64,000 nt of DNA, from NCBI GenBank assembly GCA_051003195.1, contig JBPCLP010000008.1, positions 96,001 through 160,000 on the forward strand, given 5' to 3'. The translations under genes and the position numbers were made by a program. The notes below the pieces were generated by a model. It ran no database searches and had not been told where the DNA came from. It saw only the letters and a list, made by a program, of their open reading frames with translations. Of this stretch, positions 30,487 through 40,219 are shown piece after piece (the stretch's first letter is position 1; each line of letters starts with the position of its first letter). This DNA comes from Candidatus Sumerlaeaceae bacterium. GTDB lineage: Bacteria; Sumerlaeota; Sumerlaeia; Sumerlaeales; Sumerlaeaceae.

Positions 30487-32271
30487 TCAGGCCTCTCCAC
30501 GGAGGTACATCGGTTTGTCTTCCCCCGCTGAGGCTTGAACGGCCCGGCGACGGGCCTGCTCGATCATATGGTCCGGTGTGCGGAACAGAACCCCGATTGC
30601 GACCACAATGAGTGCGCCGAACATCGCGAACCATGTCCACTTGATAACGGGCATCCACTCAGGCAGCTTTAGTTTTGGCAAGTCACCACTGCTAACCGGC
30701 GGCAATATATTCCAGAAATCAATGTGCTGTCCGCTTAGAAAGATCATGGCGATCAGCGCGACTGTGACGGCAATCATGTTTCCGGCGTCGGAGCCGCGGT
30801 TGCGCGTGAGCATCCCGATCAGGAACACGCCGAGCATTGGCCCAAGAAATAGCCCGGCGATGCCGATCACGACCGGGATAATTCGGACACTTGGATTGAC
30901 CAGCGTCACGTAGGCGAAGGTCGTTGCGATCAGAATCATTAAGACCGCGAAGAATACGGTGAAAATGCGGGCTGCGCCAACGTGGTGTGCTTCGGCTTTT
31001 TTGCGGGCGAAGTAGGGAATGTACCAGTCATTCGTAGCGCTGGTCGCCAGTGCATTGAGAGCAGCGCTGAGAGATCCCATTGCCGTCGCGAACACACCGG
31101 CCAGGACGAGCCCTCGAATACCTGTCGGCATTACATTGAGGATGTAGGAGCCGAATACGTCCTTGTTAGCCTCCGGCTTAAAGGTCGGGTCTTTTGTGTA
31201 ATACACGTAGAGCAATACGCCGATAAACGCGAAGGCGGAGGCGATTGGCAGATCCATCACGGCTGCCGTGATCAGGCTGCGCCGGCTCTTCTGGTACGTT
31301 TCCGCTGTCAGCAGGCGCTGCACCATGTCCTGGTCGGTACCGAACGCAGCCATGTTCCCCATGATTGCTCCAATGGTGGCGGAGAACAGGGTGAACTCGC
31401 TTCCGAGAACGAGCCTGGTCCATTCCCACCAGGAGAACTCGCCCGCGATGACATGTCGGCCGACCTTTGCCTGCTCGGTTACCCACCACTGGATTCGTTC
31501 TGGCTCCCATCCGAACCAGAAGTAACCGAGATGCGTCTTCATTTCCGGCACAACTTCGCCAAGCGCCCGCAATCCGTTCATCAGGTTCCACGAGTCGCCG
31601 CCGATGTGGTAAAGGAGCGTGGCTATTGCAACCAGTGCGCTCGTAAACATGAGCGTGGCCTGAACCACATCGGTCCAGATAACCGCTTTAATCCCGCCCA
31701 GTGCCGTGTAGATGCAGGTTAAAACCGTCACAGCGACAATCGCGTAGAAGTATAGAGCCAGGTCGCCTGCGCCCTTCGTGGACGAATACTGCACTGGAGC
31801 ACCTTTCTGGAACATCGTCCAGGCGAGCACCATCACAATGGCTGGTATAAACACACGGGTGCCCGAAGCTAAGGTTCGCATGATAAGAAAGAGCGCTGAG
31901 ACGTAGTTCTTCGACTTGTTGCCGAAGCGAATTCCGAGGTAATCGTAAACCGTGTAAACTTTGTACCGGTAGTAGGGCTTCAGGAAAATATAGCCGACCA
32001 GCATTCGCCCGATGATCAGGCCGACAACAAGCTGCGCATACGCGATGGACCTCGCGTTATAGCCTTCACCGGGCGCGCCGAGGAAAGTCGCGGCGCTAGT
32101 CTCGGTCGCAATGATGGATGCCATGACGGCCCACCATGGAACGTTTCGCCCGCCAAGCGCGAAGTCATGCAGGCTTTTTTCGCGTCTTCCCATATAGAGG
32201 CCAATGGAAAGGATGCCGACGAAATACAGCAGGATGATCGCACCGTCGATAAACAATTGGCTGCCGGTCAC
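30487..32271 (-). CDS. Sodium:solute symporter (SSS family)
   Basis: SIIATETSAATF, GGIKAVIWTD, GTDQDMVQRLL, AMGSLSAALN. Confidence 0.92.
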   Translation of the reverse strand: MTGSQLFIDGAIILLYFVGILSIGLYMGRREKSLHDFALGGRNVPWWAVMASIIATETSAATFLGAPGEGYNARSIAYAQLVVGLIIGRMLVGYIFLKPYYRYKVYTVYDYLGIRFGNKSKNYVSALFLIMRTLASGTRVFIPAIVMVLAWTMFQKGAPVQYSSTKGAGDLALYFYAIVAVTVLTCIYTALGGIKAVIWTDVVQATLMFTSALVAIATLLYHIGGDSWNLMNGLRALGEVVPEMKTHLGYFWFGWEPERIQWWVTEQAKVGRHVIAGEFSWWEWTRLVLGSEFTLFSATIGAIMGNMAAFGTDQDMVQRLLTAETYQKSRRSLITAAVMDLPIASAFAFIGVLLYVYYTKDPTFKPEANKDVFGSYILNVMPTGIRGLVLAGVFATAMGSLSAALNALATSATNDWYIPYFARKKAEAHHVGAARIFTVFFAVLMILIATTFAYVTLVNPSVRIIPVVIGIAGLFLGPMLGVFLIGMLTRNRGSDAGNMIAVTVALIAMIFLSGQHIDFWNILPPVSSGDLPKLKLPEWMPVIKWTWFAMFGALIVVAIGVLFRTPDHMIEQARRRAVQASAGEDKPMYLRGEA

Positions 32272-32411
32272 ATGCGCTCCTCCGACTCAGGCTGTTACCA
32301 CGTTAATGCGAAAAAGAAATTCACGCGGCTGTACCAATGCAAGCGTTGAAGACGGCCGCCGGTGGAAATCATACCTTGCCTGTCGCGCTGCCCGTCCACC
32401 CACTGCCGGGC

Positions 32412-33938
32412 ATGCGTCGACAGCATTCGCTTGAGCTAGTCCTGTTCCTTCTGCTGTTCATCAGTTCCGCCTATTTCCACCGCACAAACTCCGGTTGGAA
32501 TGCCAACTCGCGGCTCGCACTGACGTTCGCCCTGGTCGAGCGTCACACCACGCAAATTGATGACTACTGGAATCGGCCGGGCACCGAGACATGGGATGCA
32601 GCAGTTTACAAGGGGCACTACTACTCTGATAAGATCATCGGCGTATCACTGCTCGGCGTGCCTGCGTACGTGCTCACTCGGGCGGTCGAGGATCTTCTGG
32701 ATGCTTCGCTGACTACAGAGCAGAAGCGGTATTGGGTTACGATACTCGCCATTGCGTTGCCCGGTGCGCTTTCTGCGGTTCTCCTGTTTCGACTGCTCCT
32801 GTTGTACCAGATCCGATTTGCGGGCGGCGAAACTTTGACCGCACCTTTTCTGATCGCCGTGTCACTGCACCTTGGTACGCTGCTTTTCAGCTACTCCACA
32901 CTGTTCATGTCCTATTTGCCGGCGCACGCGTTTTTTGTGGCGGCGTTGTACGTTTTCGAGCGATGGTTAGCGAGGGACGGAAGTCGGGCAGCACGACCAA
33001 ATATTGCACCTGTTGTAACGTTCGCCTGCGGACTTTTGTGCGGATTTGCAGTGCTATGCGAGTACCTGTATGCGATTACAGGCGGCCTGTTTGCATTATA
33101 TGTGCTGATCAAAAGCCGACGCCGCAGGAACTACGTGTTCTTTGTTCTTGGAGCGGTGCTGGGAGTTTCACCTTTCCTGGTTTACACGTACACCATCTTT
33201 GGCCGGCCAGCAGTGCCGTATCAGTACCATATGGTGCCCGGCTTCCGCGCAGCCATGGCCGAGGGACTGATGGGAGCTACGAAACCACGGTTCAGCGTTC
33301 TCGTATTACTGTCGTTTCACCCATTCCGCGGTTTGTTCGTGCATTCACCCATGTTATTGCTTGGCGTTGCTGGCGCCCTCGCGATGCTTCGCGACCGCCG
33401 GCTGCGTCCTCTTTCGCTTTTAATCCTGAGCAGCGTTGTCGTCGTATTTTTATACAACAGCGCCTACTACATGTGGTGGGGAGGATGGTCGTTCAGCCCT
33501 CGCCACCTTGCGCCCGCACTCCCGTTATTTGCAATTGGGATGGTCTATGGCTGGAGGTACGCAGCGGTCCGCTGGCTGTTTCCGTTACTGGTCGTTCCTG
33601 CAATTGCGCTTCACTTGATTGTGACCGCCACCGATCCCCAGGTACCTGAGCCTCGCAACGACAAGTTTCTACGGCGCCCGTCGCTTACGAAACGCCCTTA
33701 TCCTATCCCGTTCACATCGCAGGTTCTGCCTGCGTTCAGACACCGGCGCACCGATCCTAACGGCGGCACATGGGTGGGGCTTTCGCGTGGGTGGCCCAGC
33801 CTGCTTCCGCTCATGGGGGCATGGTTGGCGTCAGGTCTGATCAGCTTCGCGTTACTCAAAAGCAAAAGACCCGACGAATGTGGTACAGAGGGCTCCGCAA
33901 AGGTTGACTCGTTAATCAGTGAACGGAAACTGGAGTAA
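32412..33938 (+). CDS. Polytopic membrane protein, probable GT-C-like glycosyltransferase
   Basis: WNANSR, HYYSDK, RGLFVHSP, WWGGWSFSPRHL; many TMs; start approximate. Confidence 0.65.
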   Translation: MRRQHSLELVLFLLLFISSAYFHRTNSGWNANSRLALTFALVERHTTQIDDYWNRPGTETWDAAVYKGHYYSDKIIGVSLLGVPAYVLTRAVEDLLDASLTTEQKRYWVTILAIALPGALSAVLLFRLLLLYQIRFAGGETLTAPFLIAVSLHLGTLLFSYSTLFMSYLPAHAFFVAALYVFERWLARDGSRAARPNIAPVVTFACGLLCGFAVLCEYLYAITGGLFALYVLIKSRRRRNYVFFVLGAVLGVSPFLVYTYTIFGRPAVPYQYHMVPGFRAAMAEGLMGATKPRFSVLVLLSFHPFRGLFVHSPMLLLGVAGALAMLRDRRLRPLSLLILSSVVVVFLYNSAYYMWWGGWSFSPRHLAPALPLFAIGMVYGWRYAAVRWLFPLLVVPAIALHLIVTATDPQVPEPRNDKFLRRPSLTKRPYPIPFTSQVLPAFRHRRTDPNGGTWVGLSRGWPSLLPLMGAWLASGLISFALLKSKRPDECGTEGSAKVDSLISERKLE

Positions 33939-33965
33939 ATCTATGTAGTTCTGCGGGAGCTTTCA

Positions 33966-35456
33966 ATGCGTCAACCGGTTCAACTAATCATTGTAGCGGC
34001 GCTTATATCAGCCGGCCTTATCAGCAATGCGCCGGCTCAGCAGCCGCCGGTGTTTTCGCTGGCAAAATCAGGTAAGCTGCCTGTACCAACCATGATGCAC
34101 GGCACGGCCGTGGTTGGCAGCCGCGTCTATATTTTCGGTGGTAATTTCGAGCAGGCGCCCGGCTCTGGCGGCGGATGGATCAACGATGTTTACTCGGCGC
34201 CTGTACAGGGCCAGGGAACGCTGGGTGAATGGCGCAAAGAAGAGCCGCTCCCGGAACGTCGCGCGTACATCGGCAATGCAGTGCAGGTCATCAATAATCA
34301 TATCTACATTGTAGGCGGGAGTGTTTTCCAGGCGCAGAACTCCGCGGACAACGGTGTGCAAAGCCAGGACGTGCTTTGGACAACGGTCGGCGCAGACGGG
34401 AAATTAAGCACCTGGCAAAAGAGCCAGCCGTTCCCTGGGCAGTCGGTTTCGAACACCTCGACCTGCGCGACCGATAAAAACCTGTTTATGCTCGGAGGGC
34501 ACAACGACCAAATCGTCAGTGATGCGGTCCTGGTGTGTGATGTCGGCGAAGATGGAGCGCCGGTGAACTGGAGGCAGGCTGCCAAATTACCAACTCCGCT
34601 TTGGTTTCACGGCTCCGCGATCCTTGAAGATCGAGTGTACGTATGGGGGGGCTTGCCGACGCAGGAATCCAAGATCGTGAGCGGCAAGGTGTACTCGGCG
34701 CCGGTCGGCGCGAATGCAACGATCGGAGCGTGGCAGGAAGAAGCGCCGCTGCCTTACCCGATTTACTCATCCGCGTTCACCGGGTTTAACGATTATCTGA
34801 TCGGTGTGTCGGGAAGATACGTTGGCGGACTCCCAACCAACGCGATCTGGTTCGCACGCCTGCAGAACAAGAAAGTGACGGCGTGGCAGTTTTTGAATAC
34901 CGACCTCCAGGCCCGCCTCTATTGTGCGCTTGGTCTCGATCGCACCAAGGGCTGGGTGTTCATCACGGGGGGCCTAGACCGCCGCACAACAAATCTGAAA
35001 CGTGGGCCGGAAGCGCCGGTAGTCGACCTGGTACAGGCTTTTCAGCTTACACAGCCAACCGAAACCAAGCTGGTGGTTGCACAGAATCCTCAGCCCGCTG
35101 CGGCGCCCGCTGCGGCACCTTCTGCAGCACCCGCGAACGCGCAAGTACTCGGACTTCCGCAGGCGCTGCAAAATGCTGCGCAGCAGAACAAAAAAGTGCT
35201 CGCGTTTTTTTACTCGCCTGAGGTCCCGGCCTGCAAACGCACGTGGGACCAGCTGATCAATACGCCGGCGTTTACCGCGGCCACTGCAAACGTCGTCTTC
35301 TCAGCTATCGATATCTCTGGTGCGGATGCTTCCCAGTCGTATAAATATGGCGTTTTCAAAGTGCCGAGTTTCGCCTTGTTATCGCCCACAGGCGAGCTGC
35401 TGAAGAAGCAGCTTAAGGTGCAGACTACACAGGATTTGCAGCAACTTTTACAATAA
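33966..35456 (+). CDS. Secreted Kelch-repeat beta-propeller with C-terminal thioredoxin-like domain
   Basis: Signal peptide; repeated YIFGG/YIVGG/FMLGG/YVWGG...W; FFYSPEVPAC...YGVFKVP. Confidence 0.85.
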   Translation: MRQPVQLIIVAALISAGLISNAPAQQPPVFSLAKSGKLPVPTMMHGTAVVGSRVYIFGGNFEQAPGSGGGWINDVYSAPVQGQGTLGEWRKEEPLPERRAYIGNAVQVINNHIYIVGGSVFQAQNSADNGVQSQDVLWTTVGADGKLSTWQKSQPFPGQSVSNTSTCATDKNLFMLGGHNDQIVSDAVLVCDVGEDGAPVNWRQAAKLPTPLWFHGSAILEDRVYVWGGLPTQESKIVSGKVYSAPVGANATIGAWQEEAPLPYPIYSSAFTGFNDYLIGVSGRYVGGLPTNAIWFARLQNKKVTAWQFLNTDLQARLYCALGLDRTKGWVFITGGLDRRTTNLKRGPEAPVVDLVQAFQLTQPTETKLVVAQNPQPAAAPAAAPSAAPANAQVLGLPQALQNAAQQNKKVLAFFYSPEVPACKRTWDQLINTPAFTAATANVVFSAIDISGADASQSYKYGVFKVPSFALLSPTGELLKKQLKVQTTQDLQQLLQ

Positions 35457-35464
35457 GGGCGTGT

Positions 35465-35908
35465 CTAGCCGGGCAGTTCCACCATCTGCAGGAAATGTTC
35501 GATGGTAGCAAACGTGTCCAAAAACCCCTGCATAGTAACAGGCTTTTCCATAAAACCTGCTATTCCAATATTGTACGCGCTCTCTCGATCCGCTTCATCC
35601 TGCGAACTCGTTAACATGAAAACAGGAGTTCGACGCAATGCGTCATCGGATCGTAATTCATGTAGGAACTGAAGTCCGTCCATGATGGGCATGTGACAAT
35701 CGAGCAGCACAACCCGATTCCCCTGTGGTATTTCGTCACTGCCCGGAAATCCGCGCAGCATCTCCAGCCCCGACTGGCCGTTTTTTGCAACAAACAACCG
35801 ATGCCGGTGTGACTGCCGCGAAATCGCGTATCGCATCGCAGCCTCAATGGCATCGTCGTCGTCGACCAGAAGAATGTTTAGATGTTTAGCCACGAACCTG
35901 TCGGACAA
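35465..35908 (-). CDS. Single-domain response regulator (Rcp1-like receiver)
   Basis: LLVDDD, LLDCHMPIMDG, LTSS, KP. Confidence 0.9.
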   Translation of the reverse strand: MSDRFVAKHLNILLVDDDDAIEAAMRYAISRQSHRHRLFVAKNGQSGLEMLRGFPGSDEIPQGNRVVLLDCHMPIMDGLQFLHELRSDDALRRTPVFMLTSSQDEADRESAYNIGIAGFMEKPVTMQGFLDTFATIEHFLQMVELPG

Positions 35909-36118
35909 CTATGCAATTCTCACACCGCTGAACCCTGGGCTATATGTCATTTCAGGCACGTGACGACTGAATCCCCGGGGTGCCGTTTGCTGAAAACACT
36001 CAAATTGGTTGCAGCCGCAGTTTTTGCTTCACAGTTCTGGCGCAGTACTAAGTACTGCTGTCTTCAACGTTTTCACTCGTTGCAACCGGCGCCGATTTTC
36101 AGTTGGAGCAGTCACTTC

Positions 36119-36706
36119 ATGGGATTTCTTAGCAGTGTATTTGGTGGCAGATCCGTGCAGGAGCGTCAGCTTGCACGATTTCTTGCCAAGTATCTGCCGC
36201 ATCCACATCGCGATTTCAAAAGACTGGCGAAGAGCAAAAAATCGCTGAGTGAAGTGTGGCAGGCGTGCCCGCGCTCGGACTGGATGCTCTGGATGCTGGA
36301 CTGTATTGAGTTCAAACCCGCGACCGGTCTGCGCCTGTTCGCATGTTATTGCGCCAAGCAGTCGCCGATTGTCGAATCGGACCTTCGCCTCGTCAAAGTT
36401 ATCCAGGTGGCGGAGCGATTCGCCAAGGGAGAAGCAGAACCTGCTGAACTTATGAGAGCACAACAGGATGCCTATGCAGTGCTCGCCGAAGCTAAGCGTA
36501 AAAACGACCCACTGGCTGAAGCGGCTGCCTGGGTCGCAACTTCCACCGCCAAGGAAGACCCGTATACAGCGGCTTACGATGCGGGAATTTACGCCGTTAC
36601 AATTTCCGAGCTGCGAGGCTTCGCCGGTAAGGAATTGCGCAGAAAGCAGGCCGACAGGCTTCGGCGCATCATTGAGGATCCCTTTGCTCCCAATGAAGAA
36701 GATTAA
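36119..36706 (+). CDS. Hypothetical protein (Imm5-like/Ala-rich helical family)
   Basis: WQACPRSDWMLW, LRLFACYCA, AERFAKGEA, QADRLR; GGAG RBS before ATG 36119. Confidence 0.7.
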   Translation: MGFLSSVFGGRSVQERQLARFLAKYLPHPHRDFKRLAKSKKSLSEVWQACPRSDWMLWMLDCIEFKPATGLRLFACYCAKQSPIVESDLRLVKVIQVAERFAKGEAEPAELMRAQQDAYAVLAEAKRKNDPLAEAAAWVATSTAKEDPYTAAYDAGIYAVTISELRGFAGKELRRKQADRLRRIIEDPFAPNEED

Positions 36707-36775
36707 TGGGCAGCATTCGAATCCCCCGTTGACTCTTTCCATGGGCATGAAGCCTGCTCTGTCAGGTTGCTTTAA

Positions 36776-37216
36776 TTGAGTTTTGGAGATCCAGCTGTGA
36801 GAAGGTTCAAAAAGGCGTTTCTGGTTTTCGCCCTGTCCTCAGGCACGATGTGTGGCTGGGCGGCCCAGGAGGAGACTACCACACTCGACGACCAGGATGG
36901 GCAGCCGGATATTGAACTCTGGCTTTCCGAGAAGGTTGGCCGTTATGGAAACCGCGAATTCGGTATCAGCGGTGGCCAGCCACAGTTTCCCTCTCCCACG
37001 GGTGCATTCCAGATCCAATGGAAATCGCGCTTATGGTGGAGCAAACAATGGGACGCACCCATGCCCTATGCCATGTTTTTCCATAATGGCGCCGCCATTC
37101 ATGTCGGCAGCCTTAACAGTAGCAGCCACGGCTGCATTCGCGTAAGTGAAGAGACCGCCAAGCTGCTGTTTCGGGCCACTCGCGAAAAAGAAACGCGCGT
37201 ATTCGTTTATCCCTAG
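36776..37216 (+). CDS. L,D-transpeptidase (YkuD domain)
   Basis: SPTGAF, MPYAMFF, AIH...SHGCIR. Confidence 0.88.
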   Translation: MSFGDPAVRRFKKAFLVFALSSGTMCGWAAQEETTTLDDQDGQPDIELWLSEKVGRYGNREFGISGGQPQFPSPTGAFQIQWKSRLWWSKQWDAPMPYAMFFHNGAAIHVGSLNSSSHGCIRVSEETAKLLFRATREKETRVFVYP

Positions 37217-37312
37217 TCTGGTCTACCATTAATTCGTAGTCGATTCTGTGTGCCGAATTGAGCTCATCTTCCGCGCTCAAACTGGATAGGAACTTCTGAT
37301 TCGGCACACTAG
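37213..37312 (+). repeat. ~100-bp element, copy 5, plus inverted end fragment (37309-37328)
   Basis: Starts at the CTAG containing the transpeptidase stop; the junction forms the perfect palindrome gattcggcacactagtgtgccgaatc. Confidence 0.85.
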
Positions 37313-37334
37313 TGTGCCGAATCCGTAGTAGGGC

Positions 37335-37997
37335 TTAGCTGTGCATTTCGCGCATGATCGCTTCCAGTTCCGCGCGCTTTGCTTCAAGCGCGGGCCGGTC
37401 GAGATCCGGCTCGACGAGGAATTGCTCGCCAAAAACAATGCGAACGCGGGCAAAAGGTTTGGCGATCATCATGCGATCCCATGACCGGAACCGCCATGCC
37501 TGATCGCACAGCACGGCTCCGGGAATGATTGGCACTCCCGATTGCGAAGCGATTGCGATGACGCCCGGCTTGACGGAGCCTTCTGGTCCGCGCGGTCCGT
37601 CGATCGGAATTACAACCGCACGCCCTTTCATGACGCTTCTGCGCATCTGAAGTAATGCGCCAGTGCCGCCCTTCGAGCTGCTGCCACGAATGGTTCGAGC
37701 GCCTCGGAACATATGAACGAAACGCGCGACGAGCGTCCCATCGCGGCTTCTGCTCGTCAGCACATCCACATTTGGCAGGATGTTCGGCAATTCATAGGCG
37801 CCAACAATAAGATCGCCATGATAGATCGCAAAAATGCACGGCTTCGTTAAAGCGCGTTCCCCGTTCACGCGTTCGATTCGCCAGGTCCGCTTGAACTGAC
37901 TGATTACGTGATAGGCAAACGGAACTCCAACTCGATGCGCCAGCCATTGCTCAGTGTCGCGTGAGATGAGCCGTTTTCTCTTAGGTTTCGTCGCCAT
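37335..37997 (-). CDS. DUF374/lysophospholipid acyltransferase-like protein
   Basis: SRSRDG, IRGSSSKGG, DGPRGP, SWDRM..PF. Confidence 0.85.
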   Translation of the reverse strand: MATKPKRKRLISRDTEQWLAHRVGVPFAYHVISQFKRTWRIERVNGERALTKPCIFAIYHGDLIVGAYELPNILPNVDVLTSRSRDGTLVARFVHMFRGARTIRGSSSKGGTGALLQMRRSVMKGRAVVIPIDGPRGPEGSVKPGVIAIASQSGVPIIPGAVLCDQAWRFRSWDRMMIAKPFARVRIVFGEQFLVEPDLDRPALEAKRAELEAIMREMHS

Positions 37998-38299
37998 TCC
38001 TGCGGCATGTGCGGCATCCCATCTGCAGGGTGCAACCTCATTAACTACTGTTTCGCGTCGCGCGCGTGGGGCACCACGCTCGGCCTGTAGCGGCATGGAG
38101 CTCAGGGTCGACACATAACATGCTTAATTAAGGCGCCACTGCGTGGCTTCGCATCGGCAGCGCGTTCTTGACGGCATGTCTCGCATCGACGCAGGATTTG
38201 GTCAGACCACGCAGGGAGCGGAATCCGCCCTGTGGGGCAGCTTGCAACCGGTGTGAGACAGAAGCGAATTCGCCACTGCCTGCGCAATATCATTCAACC

Positions 38300-38896
38300 A
38301 TGCCAGTGAAACTCCTTGGCGTCAGCGGCAGTCTGCGCGAGAGCGCCTACACGTTACGCCTTGTTCAAATAGCCTTGGAAGCTGCGCGCATAGCGGGTGC
38401 AGAAGTCGAGCTGCTTGATTTGCGTGATCATCCGCTCCCGATGTATGAGGCGCATGAGGATTACGACGAGCACCAGGTCGTAAAACGGGTGATTCGCAAG
38501 GTCGAGGAAGCTGATGGATACATCGTCGGCAGCCCTGAATACCACGGTTGTATGACCGGCGCGACTAAGAACTTCTTCGATTTTCTTTACCGGGAAATTT
38601 GCGGGAAACTGTTCGGCCTGGTTTCTGCCACGGGAGGCAGCCAGGGGAACGGATGCTTCGACAACATGCGCGCGGCAATCCAGTACTGCCATGGGTGGGC
38701 GCTGCCGTACAACGTTGCTGCCACTGGCCGCGACTTTGATGCGCAAGGCAATCTCACAAATGAAAAAGTTCAGGATCGTCTGCAGCGCATGGGTCGCGAC
38801 ATGACGATATACGCGCCGCTGCTTTTCGGGCGCTTCAACGCCGACCTTAGCGAAAAGAGCCCGGCACAGCCAGGCTTTGCGCACTGGATGGCGTAG
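38300..38896 (+). CDS. NADPH-dependent FMN reductase (flavodoxin-like)
   Basis: GSLRESAYT, SPEYHG, KNFFD. Confidence 0.9.
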   Translation: MPVKLLGVSGSLRESAYTLRLVQIALEAARIAGAEVELLDLRDHPLPMYEAHEDYDEHQVVKRVIRKVEEADGYIVGSPEYHGCMTGATKNFFDFLYREICGKLFGLVSATGGSQGNGCFDNMRAAIQYCHGWALPYNVAATGRDFDAQGNLTNEKVQDRLQRMGRDMTIYAPLLFGRFNADLSEKSPAQPGFAHWMA

Positions 38897-38980
38897 TTCC
38901 ACCTCAGACTAACGAGGAGCATTTTCCTCGCTTGCACAACTCGTGTTACGCAACGAAATTGCCGACATGAGATCGATCAC

Positions 38981-39265
38981 ATGATTACTGTCGGCATGAA
39001 TTACCAGGTGCTGCCTGACAAAAATGAGCTGTTTGAGCGCGTGTTCAATTCTGTACTTGGTGTAATGGCTGAGCTGGAAGGGCATGCCAGCACGCATTTG
39101 TACCGGGACGTCTTCGAGCCTCAAAGTTATCTCATCGTTTCCGAGTGGAGCAGCCGGGAAGCCTTTGATGCCTTTATCAGTTCGCCGCGCTTCCGCAGCG
39201 TCACAGACTTCGGTAAAGAGCAGGTCCTTGCCGGCAGGCCCAGTCATCACATCTACGAGCGTTGA
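38981..39265 (+). CDS. Antibiotic biosynthesis monooxygenase (ABM) domain protein
   Basis: GH..THLYRD, YLIVSEWSSREAF, RP. Confidence 0.8.
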   Translation: MITVGMNYQVLPDKNELFERVFNSVLGVMAELEGHASTHLYRDVFEPQSYLIVSEWSSREAFDAFISSPRFRSVTDFGKEQVLAGRPSHHIYER

Positions 39266-39336
39266 GACAAATTGCGTAACATGTTCACGCGGATGCGGTG
39301 CGCACGCATTGCGATCGCCAGTTGTTGCGTACACCG

Positions 39337-39786
39337 ATGAAAGTCATTCTGCAGCGTGTTCGCGAAGCTTCTGTTACGGTGGAAGGGCGCACGGTAGGAC
39401 AAATAGGCGAAGGGCTGCTGCTGCTGGGCGGAATAGCCGCGGAGGATAACGAGCAGTCCCTGCGCAAGATGGCCGATAAGCTTATCAATCTTCGTATCTT
39501 TGAAGACCAGGCAGGTAAGATGAACCTCTCGCTGCTGGAGGTCGGTGGCTCCATCCTGGCGGTAAGTCAGTTTACACTTTTCGCGGATTGCCGTAAGGGA
39601 CGCCGTCCCAATTTCATGGGAGCCGCTCCGCCGGAGGCTGCACGTCAGCTCTTCGATCGCTTCGTCGATATTCTGCGCGAGTCCATTCCCATTGTGCAGA
39701 CTGGCGTTTTCCAGGCAATGATGGAGGTGCGGTTGAACAACTGGGGTCCCGTAACCATCTCTCTCGACACGTCCGAACTCGCCTGA
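39337..39786 (+). CDS. dtd: D-aminoacyl-tRNA deacylase
   Basis: MKVILQRV, SQFTL, KGRRP, NWGPVT. Confidence 0.95.
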   Translation: MKVILQRVREASVTVEGRTVGQIGEGLLLLGGIAAEDNEQSLRKMADKLINLRIFEDQAGKMNLSLLEVGGSILAVSQFTLFADCRKGRRPNFMGAAPPEAARQLFDRFVDILRESIPIVQTGVFQAMMEVRLNNWGPVTISLDTSELA

Positions 39787-39826
39787 TCCGAAGCGGGATA
39801 TTGTCGAATCCGCGAACCAACGCGGC

Positions 39827-40213
39827 TTACACCCGTTTTAACTCCAATGCCAGCACCGGCACCTCTGCGTCGCGATATTGCACCACTCCTCCACCGCGTG
39901 TGTCGAGGCGGTTTTGCCATTTCGTAATGTTGTCTCGAAGGGACTGTAACTGCAAGCCTTCGTACCGCTCCGGATAGCCCCCCAGGTATTCGAGCGTTGA
40001 TGCAAACCGCTGCTCCGACCCCGGCATGTTCCCGCGAAACAAATGCTGATACGCGGTGGCGAGGTGAATCAGTCCCTGGTAGAATTGCCGGCTGCTATCG
40101 TCGTTATCCAGCCACAGATCTTCCAGCACTTCGTGGCAGTCGTAAAAGTATCGCTCGTTGAACAGCTCGATATATTCGACGTAACGCTCGTCAAACTCTG
40201 TGGTATTCGTCGT
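39827..40213 (-). CDS. DUF309 domain protein (start codon anomalous)
   Basis: LFNERYFYDCHEVLEDLW...YQGLIHLA. The conserved part extends upstream of the first GTG; only ACG/CTG-type starts are available. Confidence 0.75.
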   Translation of the reverse strand, partial: TTNTTEFDERYVEYIELFNERYFYDCHEVLEDLWLDNDDSSRQFYQGLIHLATAYQHLFRGNMPGSEQRFASTLEYLGGYPERYEGLQLQSLRDNITKWQNRLDTRGGGVVQYRDAEVPVLALELKRV

Positions 40214-40219
40214 GCGCGC

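Noticed and set aside
30297..30487. tRNA-Ala as an integration site for a genomic island
   Set aside because: No integrase nearby and I saw no duplicated tRNA 3' end in the window.
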